DNA of 64,000 nucleotides from Eledone cirrhosa (taxonomy: Eukaryota): NCBI GenBank assembly GCA_964016885.1, contig OZ024747.1, positions 66,092,001 through 66,156,000 on the forward strand, written 5' to 3'. This document shows positions 39,250 through 51,920 of this stretch, piece after piece. Under the pieces are notes generated by a model. That model was not told the DNA's origin. It worked only from the letters and a program-made list of their open reading frames with translations, and did no database searches. A program made the position numbers and the translations under genes. Position 1 is the stretch's first letter. Every line of letters starts with the position of its first letter.

Positions 39250-42200
39250 TTCTTCTGGTTTTATAATTTCACAAAGTTTTACCAATAGAGAGAGAGTCGG
39301 TTTCTAACATAGACACAAGACTCTCTCATTGGAATTTACACATCAACTAGGTAGATATGTATGTATGTCTGCATGCATACATGTGTAGATATGGATGTTA
39401 TTGTATGTGTGGATGTGTATGTTTTGAGTTGTATGCGTGCATGTGTATATGCTTTGTATCTGTACATGTGTATATGCAGTTATTAGATGCAACATTTTTC
39501 GAATGTTTTACATATTTTTACTGTTCCATTAATGGATTGTACTTGTAATTTCCTAATTAGTTGTCTTCTTTCTGTTCCTGTTAAGCCTAGCTTCTCAAGA
39601 TTTGTATTGGGGCAGTTACTAACATATCCCAGTGCCCCAATAATCACAGGCATAAATCTGAAGGTGTAATCAGGGTGGAGTATCTGCAGATTTCTTATCA
39701 GTTCTGCATAAATATTCTCCTTTTCACTAATCTTTGATATTATATTGGCATCTGCTGGGCAGCTAATTTCCACTACTGTGCATGTTTTCTTCTCCCTGTC
39801 CCATATCATAATATCTGGTCTGTTATGCCTGCATTTTATTGGGGTTTTTACTGGAACATTCCACCAGTACACTTTCATATTATGTACATGGATGTCTTCC
39901 ACATTGTTGTAGCTTTTAATGTGTTTGTTATCGGGGCTATCTTTTTTACGAACTGCATTGTACAGTGTTTTGGCCACTACATCATGCCTCATAGGTAGAT
40001 AGTACCGCGATGACATCTTTGGGCAGCTGCTGATGACATGGGTGATATCCTCGATGTTAGTTCTGCAGAGTTTGCACTTGTTATCACATCTAGGTGTTTT
40101 GCCTGCATCCCTATCTCTTTTGTTAATCAGGTATTTCGTGCTAATCTCCTGTTCCTGGATTGCAAAAGCGTATCCTTCAAAGTGGGATCCAATATAGCGG
40201 TTGTTGGTCCAAGATAGACTACTTTCCTTATCTATATTACTCTCACTCTGGAGCTTCCTGGCAACATATCCATGCATGATTTTTTGCTGATAGGCATGCA
40301 GTTTTTCATCCATGGATTCACTGCGATACTGCTGAGCCACATCCTTGGGTGTGAGTTTTTGATTATCACACAGGGAATATCTCTCAAGGAGTTCCTTCCC
40401 AACTCTCATGATCTTATCTGTTTCATGCAGATAGACTTGCTCGAGAAGCGGGCTCCTACGCTTCGAGGTTCGTAGATGTTGTCGGAGAGATATGATGCGA
40501 CATTCAAATGTTGTCTGGACTGATGTTAGGCCTCTGCCTTCCTGCTTACGTTTCAAGTAAAGGCGGTCTATGTCACTGTTGATGTGGAAGTTTCCGGTGT
40601 TGTTCAGTATTTTTCGAGTTCCAACATCAACTGCTCGGATTTCGTCTATCGTCCAATTGAGTATTCCAAACGTTGGTGTTAGGACAGGCATAGCAAACAC
40701 ATTGTGAGCCACTGTTTTGTTTTGCGCAGAGAGTTCCGATGACCAGATCTTTCTTTCTTAATCGGGTGTAGTATTCCCTGGTTACGCGTTCTTTATTACA
40801 GATACCATTATAGGATATGTTCTTATCTATCCCCAGGTATCTGTAGTAGTCCTCATCAGATATCGGTGAAACAGTTGGACCATTGATGACAATGTTGCTA
40901 GATTGGGTTGTTGTTTTTCCCCGCTTTACAGTCATGTATGAGCATTTATCCTGGCCAAACTCCATTCCTATATCCTTTGAGAACGTTGTAACCAGGTCAA
41001 GATTTTTCTGCATCCCATCCATGTTCTTGGCATAGAGTTTCAGATCGTCCACAAAGAAGTTATGGGTTAGATTCGTATTTCTGTCTTCCTGTGAGCCAAT
41101 GATGTATCCATCACATTTCTTGAGCAGAAAGGACAAGGGGTTTAATGACAAGATGAACAATATCACAGAGAGACTGTCCCCCTGAAATATACCCCTGCTA
41201 TATTATATTTTATCAGTGAAAATAGAGTCCTCCCTCTCTGTCTTTAACCTTAGGATAGTAGCCCAAGAAGAAGACAGCCTCTCTATGGCTCTGACAATAA
41301 TGTCTGGGACTTTAGCAAGTTGGAGGGCCTCTATCATCCAAGAGTGGGGAACAGAATCGAAACCTTTCTTGTAATCCAGCCAGACTGTAGTCATATTCCT
41401 CCTAAGTTGTCGCACCTCCGACATCGCAGTTTTGTTGATTAGGAGTTGTTCAGCACATCCCCAAATCCTTTTCTTTCCAGCTGTGATGATGTTATTATTT
41501 TCACAGTGATCTTGGAGGAATAGTTTGAGGCAGGCTGTATACATCTTATACATCAGGTTCAGGCATGCAATGGGTCGGTAGTTTTTTGCCAAGTGCGTGT
41601 CTTTGTTCTTGGGGACCAGTAGCGTTTGTGCTATTGTCAACGATTCTGGTATAAGTGTATCTCCCTTAAGAACTTGTTGGTAGAGGTCAGTAAGATACCT
41701 CCGATAGAATATTAGTTTTTTGTACCAATAGCCGACAATCATGTCTCTTCCTGGTGTTTTCTTATCTTGGAGTTTTCCTATCACAGTCTCAAGGGTACCC
41801 TCACTTATTTCGTATGTTTTTGTTGTAGTGTAGGAGCAATAGTTCTTTCGGATTTCTCTTAGCCACACTGCATCTTGGTTAAAATTCTTCTTTTCACCCC
41901 ATATTTTTCTCCGAAAGGAATCTATGTCTTTCTGGGATGGGGCCTCAGTGACACTTATTATTTTGCCCTTCATATCTGTATAGACTGATGTTTGGTTTCG
42001 TCTGAATCTTTTATTAAGCATTTTTCTCTCATCTAACTTCTTCAGGTGTCGGCGTTTTTCGCTAACAGCTCTCAATTCTTGTTTGAGGGTGATCAGCTTA
42101 TATTGGAGAGTTCTGGTTCTACTGTTACCAAACATCGTCTCTATTTTATTTTTCACTCTTTGTTGGTGAGGAGTGATGTTTTTTTGTGTTTGTTTGCATG

Positions 42201-42381
42201 TAAGGAGCATTATCACATGTCCTATGTTTTTTCGTAGGTCAGCACTCTTTTTTTCTATTTTAGTTATATATGATGGTATTTTTGGTGGTGTTTTATTCTT
42301 GTTAATATCTCTGCTATCACCAAGATAATGCTTCACTGTCATTGCTAAGGCATATAAACAGGCGTTGATTTGCCAAAATGT
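39250..42381 (-). mobile_element. R4-like RLE non-LTR family C, 5'-truncated, in (TATG)n
   Basis: NYRPIACL, WLDYKKGFDSVPH, GIFQGDSL, FVDDLKL, CKLC..HVISSC, RHD, RPDIMIWD..EISCP; (TATG)n on both sides. Confidence 0.9.
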
Positions 42382-42470
42382 TGTATGTATGTATGTATGT
42401 ATGTATGTATGTATGTATGTATGCATGTATGTATGTATGTATGTATGTATGTATGTATGTATGTATGTAT

Positions 42471-43077
42471 GTCAGGTCACCAGTTGGTGTTACTGGTAAC
42501 ATGTATCCCAGTACAACCTGTCTCATGGTCGGGTCGTTGACGACTAAACTGGCAACCCCACCAAGGTTTCTTGGTGAGGAGGGTGACTTTGGACATCCTG
42601 CAGGACTAAAAACAAAGCCTGTCAAAGGGCAAAGGAGCTCTTAAGAGTCAATGGCCATCCAAAATCACCGGGAGAGATGACCCCTTAGCCTTGTCAAGGC
42701 AGAATTCTAGGAGAAGGAAAACTCTGATATAACACCTGCAACCCTGATGGTATCCAATGATGTTGACTTGTTCTTCTTTTTGGTAAATATCATCTTGGTT
42801 AAGAGAGTGGGACTGGCTTTGTGCAGTACCTTTGCTCACTATAAAAGCTTCACGGCACAGGCATTGCTTTAAATCTGGAGATCTCTCTGCACTTGTCCTC
42901 ACATGGTACCATGGGCCCAGCACTATGTGTCAATAATTGTCACAAGTGTAGTGTTTGTACCAGAGTTTTCAAGTCGCTGGCTGGACTAAAAAGTCACACT
43001 CGTTCAGCGCTTCGGTAGGGGTTCTCCTACATGGATATAAAGTAGTGGCCGTACTCGAAAACGAGTTGGCAGCCACC
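42471..43077 (+). mobile_element. Internally deleted non-autonomous RTE-clade derivative, copy 1
   Basis: RTE-like 5' UTR (ggagaaggaaaactctga) joined to a C-terminal zinc finger HKCSVCTRVFKSLAGLKSHTR, 3' hairpin ctcg-aaaa-cgag and (ATGT)n tail. Confidence 0.7.
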
Positions 43078-43123
43078 ATGTATGTATGTATGTATGTATG
43101 TATGTATGAATGTATGTATATAT

Positions 43124-43730
43124 GTCAGGTCAGCAGTTGGTGCTACTGGTAACATGTATCCCAGTACAACCTGTCTCATGGTCGGGTTGGTGGCGACTAA
43201 ACTGGCAACCCCACCAAGGTTTCTTGGTGAGGAGGGTGACTTTGGACATCCTGCAGGACTAAAAACAAAACCTGTCAAAGGGCAAAGGAGCTCCTAAGAA
43301 TTAATGGCCATCCAAAATCACCGGGAGAGATGACCCCTTAGCCTTTGTCAAGGCAGAATTCTAGGAGAAGGAAAACTCTGATATAACACCTGCAACCCTG
43401 ATGGTATCCAATGATGTTGACTTGTTCTTCTTTTTGGTAAATATCATCTTGGTTAAGAGAGTGGGACTGGCTTTGTGCAGTGCCTTTGCTCACTATAAAA
43501 GCTTCATGGCACAGGCATTGCTTTATATCTGGAGATCTCTCTGCACTTGTCGTCACATAGTACCATGGGCCCAGCACTATGTGTCAATAATTGTCACAAG
43601 TGTAGTGTTTGTACCAGAGTTTTCAAGTCGCTGGTTGGACTAAAAGTCACACTCGTTCAGCGCATCGGTAGGGATTCTCCCACATGGATATAAAGTAGTG
43701 GCCGTACTCGAGAACGAGTTAGCAGCCACC
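43124..43730 (+). mobile_element. Non-autonomous RTE derivative, copy 2 (tandem)
   Basis: Highly similar to copy 1 with the same ends; separated by (ATGT)n. Confidence 0.7.
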
Positions 43731-44396
43731 ATGTATGTATGTATACATGTATGTATGTGCGTATATATAGATACGACGAAGATTCACTTTAAAATGCTTT
43801 GATTGAATATCGACGGTTTTACACACACACACTCACACATACACACACACACATATATATATATATGATTATAGACAATTCTGTTTTAACGTTTTAACGT
43901 GACCTCTAATATAACTATGTAAATCATTCAAAAAGTTAATCACTGGCTTAAGTTAAATTCCTCCTACTTTTTTTTTCTGTCAGATTAAAGGTGCCGCTTT
44001 AATTTGGAAGTGTATGAAATTGTAAATACACACATATATACATATGCACCTACAGACTTAGACATATGAACATACATATATTTGTGAACGTGTATGCATA
44101 TATATATATATACACATATATATGTGTGTATATGTGCATATATAATTATAATACATATATACATTCATAAATATATACATTCATATATATATACATATTG
44201 TATATGTATATGTATATATATGCATACATATATATATATACATATATATATATACATAAATACGTATATGTATATATATACATATATATGTATATGTATA
44301 TATACATATGTATATATATATATATATGCATATATATATGTATATAAATATATATATGTATATATCTATGTACATATATATATATGTATATATCTA

Positions 44397-44470
<74 letters not shown>

Positions 44471-44473
<3 letters not shown>

Positions 44474-45330
44474 GTACGTTTTGCTAATTAGGGTTTTTAT
44501 GGGAATACCTGGTCTTTATATATATATATATATATATAAAGACCAGGTATTCCCATAAAAACCCTAATTAGCAAAACGTACCCATTTCAAAGATCCTCCT
44601 GTGCTGATAGGAAATGCATAGTGTGCAAGCTAAGCCCGCAAACTAACTGCAAAACTAGGAACGTAGTATATAGCATAAGATGTACTGAGGGAAAGTGTAG
44701 GAATAAGAATATAACATACATAGGTGAAACAGCCCGTAGCATAGGAGAGAGGATAAGTGAACGGGGGCGAGAACTCCAGGATGGGAAAAACTCATCAGTA
44801 CTCCACCAACATGCCAAAATAGAACATAAGGACACATTAGAGTACATAGAGATGAAAATTATATCCACACACAGAAAAGATGCAATGCTCAGACAAATCA
44901 CAAAGGCGACAAACGAACTCCAACCAAAATGAAACAGAAAATATGAGTGGAATAGCAACATCACAACTAGTAATTAAGGACAAAATGAAGACATACAGAC
45001 GCACACAAAAGTTTAATTAACAAAATAAATCACACACACACAGATAGAACAAACAATCAACTAGTAACAAGTAAATAAATATAAATAAATAAACACATAC
45101 ACACACACACCCGGATGTAACACATGCGCAAACTAAGCACGCAACACACAACACACAAAAACAAGATCGTGTAGGACAGATCAAAGGAAAGGCACAAAAT
45201 AGAAGACCTAGGAGGAGGTTACAGAATGAGTGACGAAAGAGCTTTGACAACATATAAACAACCTGAATCTCCCCATTCATTAAGTACTCATATGATTGGT
45301 GGTCTACTCGGTCAGCACCGCAGAGTGCCC
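44471..45330 (+). mobile_element. 5'-truncated Penelope-like element, GIY-YIG domain remnant
   Basis: CADRKCIVC..NCKTRNVVYSIRC..C..TYIGETARS..ER..HQH..MLRQI. Preceded by a 47-bp inverted repeat around (TA)n (44471-44584); degenerate H7-like motif at ~45208-45250. Confidence 0.8.
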
Positions 45331-45390
45331 CCCTCTCTCTCTCTCCCTCTCGCTCTCTCTCTCACTTTCTCTCTCTCTCTATCTCTCGCT

Positions 45391-45522
<132 letters not shown>

Positions 45523-45729
45523 ATATTGGTAACTCGGTGACTTATTCACCGAGGAATATAGAGAAAAATGAAATCTTTCGATACGAAATTATATTTCTTC
45601 ATATACAGGGTAGGTGGAAGTGAAGGGGGAAGGGGGGCATGTTCCCCCTTAAGTATATTGTTCTCCCCAAACTACCAAAACACACATCTATTTGTAAATG
45701 CGCTACAATTTATGTACCTGTTAGATGGG

Positions 45730-46732
45730 AGAGATAGATATAGATATAGATATAGAGAGGGGAGAGTTTGGTGGTAATTGATCTAGAGAGGAAGGTTATG
45801 AGAGTGTGTTGTATATTAGATATAGAAAGGAGGAGAGATTGATGTTTATTGATATAGAGAGGGGGATCGGAAAAGATTTCCGTGTACTAGATATCGAGAG
45901 GGAGAGAGTTTGGTGTTAATTGATATAGAGAGAGGTAATTGAAGAGAGTTCCGTGTAGTAGATATTGAGAGGGGGAGAGTTTGGTGTTATTTGATATTGA
46001 GAGGGGGTGGTGAAGGCGTGTTGTGTGGTTGATGTAGAGAGTGGGAGAGTTTGGTAGTAATGAATATAGTGAGAGAATTGATAGAAATGGGTTTTCATAG
46101 ATTTAGAGAGGAGGAGAGTTTGGTACTGATGGATACTAAACTGAGATCGAATGAGAGTGTTGTAAGGTAGATATAGAGTGGGAGAAAGTTTCGTGTAGTA
46201 GACATAGAGAGGGAGAGAGTTTCATTTTAATTGATATAGAGAGGGGATTGGTAATGAATAGAGTGAGAGGATTGATAGAGATAAGTATTGACAGATATAG
46301 AGAAGGAGATTGGGAGAGAGTGTTGTATGGTTGATGTAGAGAGGGGGAGAATTTAATAGTGATGGATAGAGTGATAGGGAATGAGAGAGTGTTGTATGGT
46401 AGTTATATAGAAGGGGATAGGGTGAGAGAGTGTCGTGAAGTAGATATAGGAAGGGATAGATTTCAATGCTTGTAGATATAATGAGGGGCTTGGAAGATAT
46501 ATAAATATGGCTACATATATAGAAGGGGACTGGATGAGACATTGTCGTAAAAGATATAAAGTTGGGAGTTTGTGATGGATAGAGAGAAGGATTATGAGAG
46601 AATGTGGTAGAGAAGGTGAAGGGGAGAGTTTGGAGATGATTGATATAAAGAGGGAGATTGGGAGAGTGTTTTGTATGTTAGATACAGAGAGTGGGACCAT
46701 TTGGAGGTTGTAGATATAGAGAAGGGAAGAGT
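45730..46732. repeat. Degenerate GA-rich minisatellite (~25-30 bp subunits)
   Basis: Recurrent gatatagagaggggagagtttggtg / gagagtgttgtatggt units. Confidence 0.75.
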
Positions 46733-46764
46733 TAAATATATAAATATATATCAATTAAAATAAA

Positions 46765-46940
46765 GTTACTGCCCTTTATGATCTGAGTTCAAATCCCACC
46801 GAGGTTAACTTTGCCTTTCATCCTTACGGGGTCAATAAACTAAAGTGTCAGTCACGCACTGGGGTCGATTTAATCAACTTTATCCGCCCCCAAAATTGCT
46901 GGCCTTGTGCCTATATAAGAAACCATTATTATTATTATTG
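46765..46940 (+). mobile_element. SINE S1 copy with (ATT)n tail
   Basis: B box gagttcaaatccc, S1 body, ggccttgtgcctatataagaaacc(att)n. Confidence 0.8.
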
Positions 46941-49900
46941 TTATTACTCTTTGAGTCTCAGTCATTGATGTTAGTTAACTGGAAAGTTTGTTGAGATGAA
47001 TATCAAGCCACTACCTGCAGCCTCAGATATTCAGGACGTATCGGATGGTTCTTGCTGTTCCCAGCAAGCATGCCTTTTGAAGCGTTCCAAAAAGCGTGAA
47101 GGGGCCAATTTTCTTTAACCATCCCTGGAAACTTTTTGAGATAGTCCCTAGTGCGCCTATGACAATCGGGATCACTTTGACTTCATGGCAGTTCCAAATC
47201 CTTTTTACCTCCCACTTTAAGTCCTGGTATCGGTTAATTTTCTCCCTCTCCTTCTCTTGCACTATCATGTCGAATGGGCAGGCCACATCCACAATCAGGC
47301 ACGATCTTTTTTCTTTGTCCAAAACCACCAGGTCAGGTCTATTGTGTTCCAGTTTCTTGTCCGTCTGTATCCTAAAATCCCACAGCACCTTCACCTGATC
47401 GTTTTCTATCACCGACTCTGGCTTATGCTCATACCACTTCTCAGAATGTGGTAAATTGTTTACTTTGCATAGGTGCCAGTGGATCACCCTGCCCATCACA
47501 TCATGTCTCCAGCCCTTATAGTGAGTCTGGGCTAGGTGTTTACACTCGGATACAATGTGAGCCACAGTCTCCTCTCTCTCTCCACAGATCCTGCACAGTG
47601 GGCTAGCCTCCTCCTTGTAAATGTGGTGTTTCAACCACTTCGTTTTGAGGGCCTGCTCCTGCGCAGCCATTAACATTCCTTCTGTAGCCTTTTAAGGTCT
47701 CCTCTTTTTCAACCAGTTCCATGTCTATGGATCTCTAAATTCAGTTTTCTCAAAGAAGGTACTATGAAGGGATTTTTCCTGAAGGCTGCTCTTTCTCCTT
47801 GATGTTATTTCCTCCTTGGACATCTCCTGGCCTATTGTCCCTCCTTCAGCACAGTTCTGAGCATTGGCTCCTTACTATCAGTCACGTATTTGTGTAAGTT
47901 GTTTTTCTCCATCTGAACACAGTCCTCTATGCTGATAAGACCTCTTCCACCCTCAGATCTCCTTAAGTAGAGTCTATCGACATCACTCCTCTTGTGGAAC
48001 ATGTTGTAGATAGTCAATAGCCTCCTAGTCTTCCTATCCATTTCTTTTTGTTCAGCAACATTCCATCTCAGAATTCCCGCACTGTACCTAATAATAGACA
48101 CAGCTCGGGAATTTACTGCACTTATGGCATTCCTACTGTTCAGATGTGACTTTAATACGCTCCTTACTCTCCGAAGGTATTCAGTTCTTATCAATTCCTT
48201 CATTTTTTTGTTCTTGATGTCATCAGCCTCCAGAACGCCCAAATACTTGTATCCTTCCTCAGAGTCAATTTCCTTTATCATCTCACCTGTTGGTATCTGG
48301 ATTCCGTTACTTCTGCTCAACTTACCCTTCTTCATCACAATGACTCCACACTTACTAATACCAAATTGCATACATATATCATTGCTGAAAATACGGACAG
48401 TGTCAACAAGCACATCCAACTCCTTCTCACTCTTCCCGAAGAGCTTAAGATCGTCCATGAAGAGGAGGTGATTGATGGTAAGCCCTCCCTTTCCTAACCT
48501 GTATCCTGCTCTAACTTTTCGCAGTACACTGGTCAGGGGCATCAGGGCAAGGACAAACAACAGAGGGGACAGACTATCTCCCTGGAAGATACCTCTCTTG
48601 ATCTTCACGCTTCCCAAGGATTCTCCAGTTGATGTTAACTCTGTTTCCCAGGATTTGCTACTTTTGCCCAACAACTGCCTGATGTTATCTGCCACATTGA
48701 AGATCTCCAGGCTTTTGGTGATCCAAGAATGAGGCACCATGTCAAATGCCTTTTTGTAGTCTATCCATCCCATGGCAAGACCAGTTTGTCTCCTCTTGCA
48801 ATCCTCATTACCATCTTATCAATAAGTAACTGGTCCTTTGTACCACGTGACTTCTTTCGGCATCCTTTCTGTTCGTCCGGTAACAAGTTATTTGTGTGGA
48901 GGTGATGGTAGATTTCCTCAGACATAATGCTTGTCAACAGTTTCCACATTACGGACAGACATGTGATAGGTCTATAGTTGGTAACATCATTACCCTTGAT
49001 TCGGTCTTTCAGTATCAGAACTGTGGTACCTTTTGTCAACCACTCTGGTACCTCACCTGACATCAAGCAGTCATTGGACATGGTTGTCAGTTTCGGGTGG
49101 AGGGATGTTATGTTTTTAATCCAATACCCCTGCACACCATCTGGGCCAGGTGATTTCCAGTTGGTTAGTTTTTTGGCCTGCCACTTAAGAGTTTCAACTG
49201 TGATACTCAAATCAGTTTGTTGGTGTGCCTGCTCACCGATCTCCCTCTGTACTGTCTCAATCCACCATGCCTGGTCATTATGTCTAACATCCTGCTCCCA
49301 TATTCCTCTCCAGAATGTTTTAGTTTGTTCCGCCTCAGGGATCAAGTCGTTGCCTCTTTCTTTCCCTTCAAGCTGTCCAAACAGCATCTTCTGGTTGTTG
49401 TCGAACATGCGGTTCTGTCTATACTGGCTGACTCTGTTCTCGTATCGCCTGATTTTTGAACTCTTTGCTACAATGCGTTGCTTCAGTTCCTCTATGATAA
49501 TATTTAGCTTTTTCCTCCTAGTTTTGTACTTTATTTCCAGTCTATTTTTAGTGTCTATGTTTTTTAGTGTCCCATTCAATAGGGACTCACGCTTTCCAAT
49601 CTCATTTCTCATTTCCCTGATTTGACCACTCAGTCGTTTCTTCCACCAAGGCTCTGCTCTTTCTTGTCTGTTGTTTCCCCTCGCTTTTATACCAAGTAGT
49701 TTCCTCACCGTATTTGCTGTTGCTTTGAGGATATTGTTGCACTGGTGAAGGCTCCTAGCCTCAAGGTATGGGATGACTTTGTTTACCTTAGCTGTTGTTT
49801 CTTTTAACTTTTTCCTGTCTACAAATCTTAGTTTCATAGGTCTCACACTATCATTGTTCAATTCATCTACCACTAATTTTAGGATATCTACCAAATCTTG

Positions 49901-51836
49901 TCCTAGCCCGTCAGCATTCATCTCCTCAGTGGCCGTATCTCTGTTCCAGGTATTATTTATCTCAGCATTCAGATCATTGTCTGTTTCGGGTGGTTCCTCC
50001 GTTCTCTCGACCTCTTTACCTTCATTTCCCACTGGCTCGTTTGCCTGGCATACTCCACCCTCCCTCTCCAAGCTAATCTCTCTGCCCAGTTCCTCCAGTT
50101 CCAGCTCGCTTATCCACCCATTAGTTCTTATTACCCGAGCCTGCCCGGCCAGTTTTTGTTCATCTAATTTAAATGGATCAATCTCGTTCCAGATGTTATG
50201 CATCCTTTTCCTTTAGCCTTTCTCCTTGGGGTTACTCTTCAGGTAACATTGCATAACAGTTCTATTCAATTCTTTCGTCCAGTTGGTTCTGGTCCCTTTC
50301 CTTCTTCTTCTTCCTCCGACACCAGCAGTATTTGGTTGACAGCCAGGTCCCTGCTGCTGACCCAGGGAGCACCTGTTGGGTGAGAGTCTGTCACATGACA
50401 TTCTAGTCTCCATTTCACCGTTATTCGAACTGTTTAGGTTCGACATTTAAACACTCTTATCGAGGATTGGCGAATGTATGGTTACATAACCACCGGTGAA
50501 TTACTTGTCTCCGGTGGTTTCGTCACTCCACGTGACTTTTGTGTGGCATTATCACGCTGTAGACGAACCCAAACAAACAAACAAACAGGCAGAAAAAACC
50601 CCAAAAATGAATAAGCATAAGTTGTAATGTAGTGTTTGAATGTCTGACTTAGTTTTTCCCTTCCCTTCTCTGTCCGTCCGTTTGTTTTTCTCTTCATTTT
50701 TATTTCCTTTACGTTTTTCGTTGTTGCTGTGCTGCTTTGATTTTTATTTTTTTATTTTTTATTTTTTTTTTGATATTTTTTTTTTGATTTTGACCGGGTC
50801 ATCAATTCAGTCTTTTTATATTTTTTGATGTTTTCCTCTTTTAGTGGGAATTCTACAATGTAGCAGGGGATATCGGGAGAGAATAGCGGCGGTAGTGATA
50901 TTGAGGCAGCGGCGGCAGTGATGGTGGCGGTGCTGTGCTAGCAGCAACTAGCAGGAGGTAGTGGGAGAGAAGGCGGCGGTAGCGATAGTGAGGCAGCGGT
51001 GGTGGTGATGTGGTCGTATTACTGTAGTGATGGTGTTGAAGTTGGAGTAAAAATTTGAGTCGACTTGACCAGAGTTTTCATCGTGGTAGTGGTGGTGGTA
51101 TTGGTGGTGAAATTATCTTTAGTGAAATTATCGTTAGTCGCGTATATGTGTTGACATTTACCCATAATATTGGAATTAAACATTTTGTTAAAACTAAAAC
51201 TTGATTTTGATTTTTTTTTTTTTTTTTTTTTTTTTTTCGATTTTGACCAGGTCATCAATTCAGTCTATTTATATATTTTGATGTTTTCCTCTTTTAGTGG
51301 GAATTCTACAATGTAGCAGGGGGCAGCGGGAAAGAATAGCGGCGGTAGCGATATTGAGGCAGCGGCGGCGGTGGCGATGATGTGCTAGCAGCAACTAGCA
51401 GGAGGTAGTGGGAGAGAATAGCGGCGGTAGCGATAGTGAGGCAGCGGTGGTGGTGATGTGGTCGGTCGTATTACTGTAGTGATGGTGTTGAAGTTGGAGT
51501 AGAAATTTGGGTCGATTTGACCAGAGTTTTCATCGTGGTAGTGGTGGTGGTATTGGTGGTGAAATTATCTTTAGTGAAATTATCGTTAGTCGCGGATATG
51601 TGTTGACATTTACCCATAATATTGGAATTAAACATTTTGTTAAAACTAAAACTTGAGGCAATAGTAATAGTAATTATTATTATTATGCTGAGATTGGTGG
51701 TGGTGGTGGTGGTGAAATTGCCGTTATCGGGCTGTTGTGTTTAGTGTACACAGAGAGGTGATGGGGTAGGTGGTGTATCTAGTTTCTGATGTTGGTGAAA
51801 TTGCTGTTATTTGGCTGTTCTATATAGTGTAGACAG

Positions 51837-51837
<1 letters not shown>
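46940..51837 (-). mobile_element. Family A divergent subfamily, near full length, frameshifted (ORF region 47023-50446)
   Basis: Four ORF pieces collinear with 56677-60069; the 5' leader holds a ~453-bp tandem duplication (50788/51241). Confidence 0.92.
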
Positions 51838-51919
<82 letters not shown>

Positions 51920-51920
<1 letters not shown>

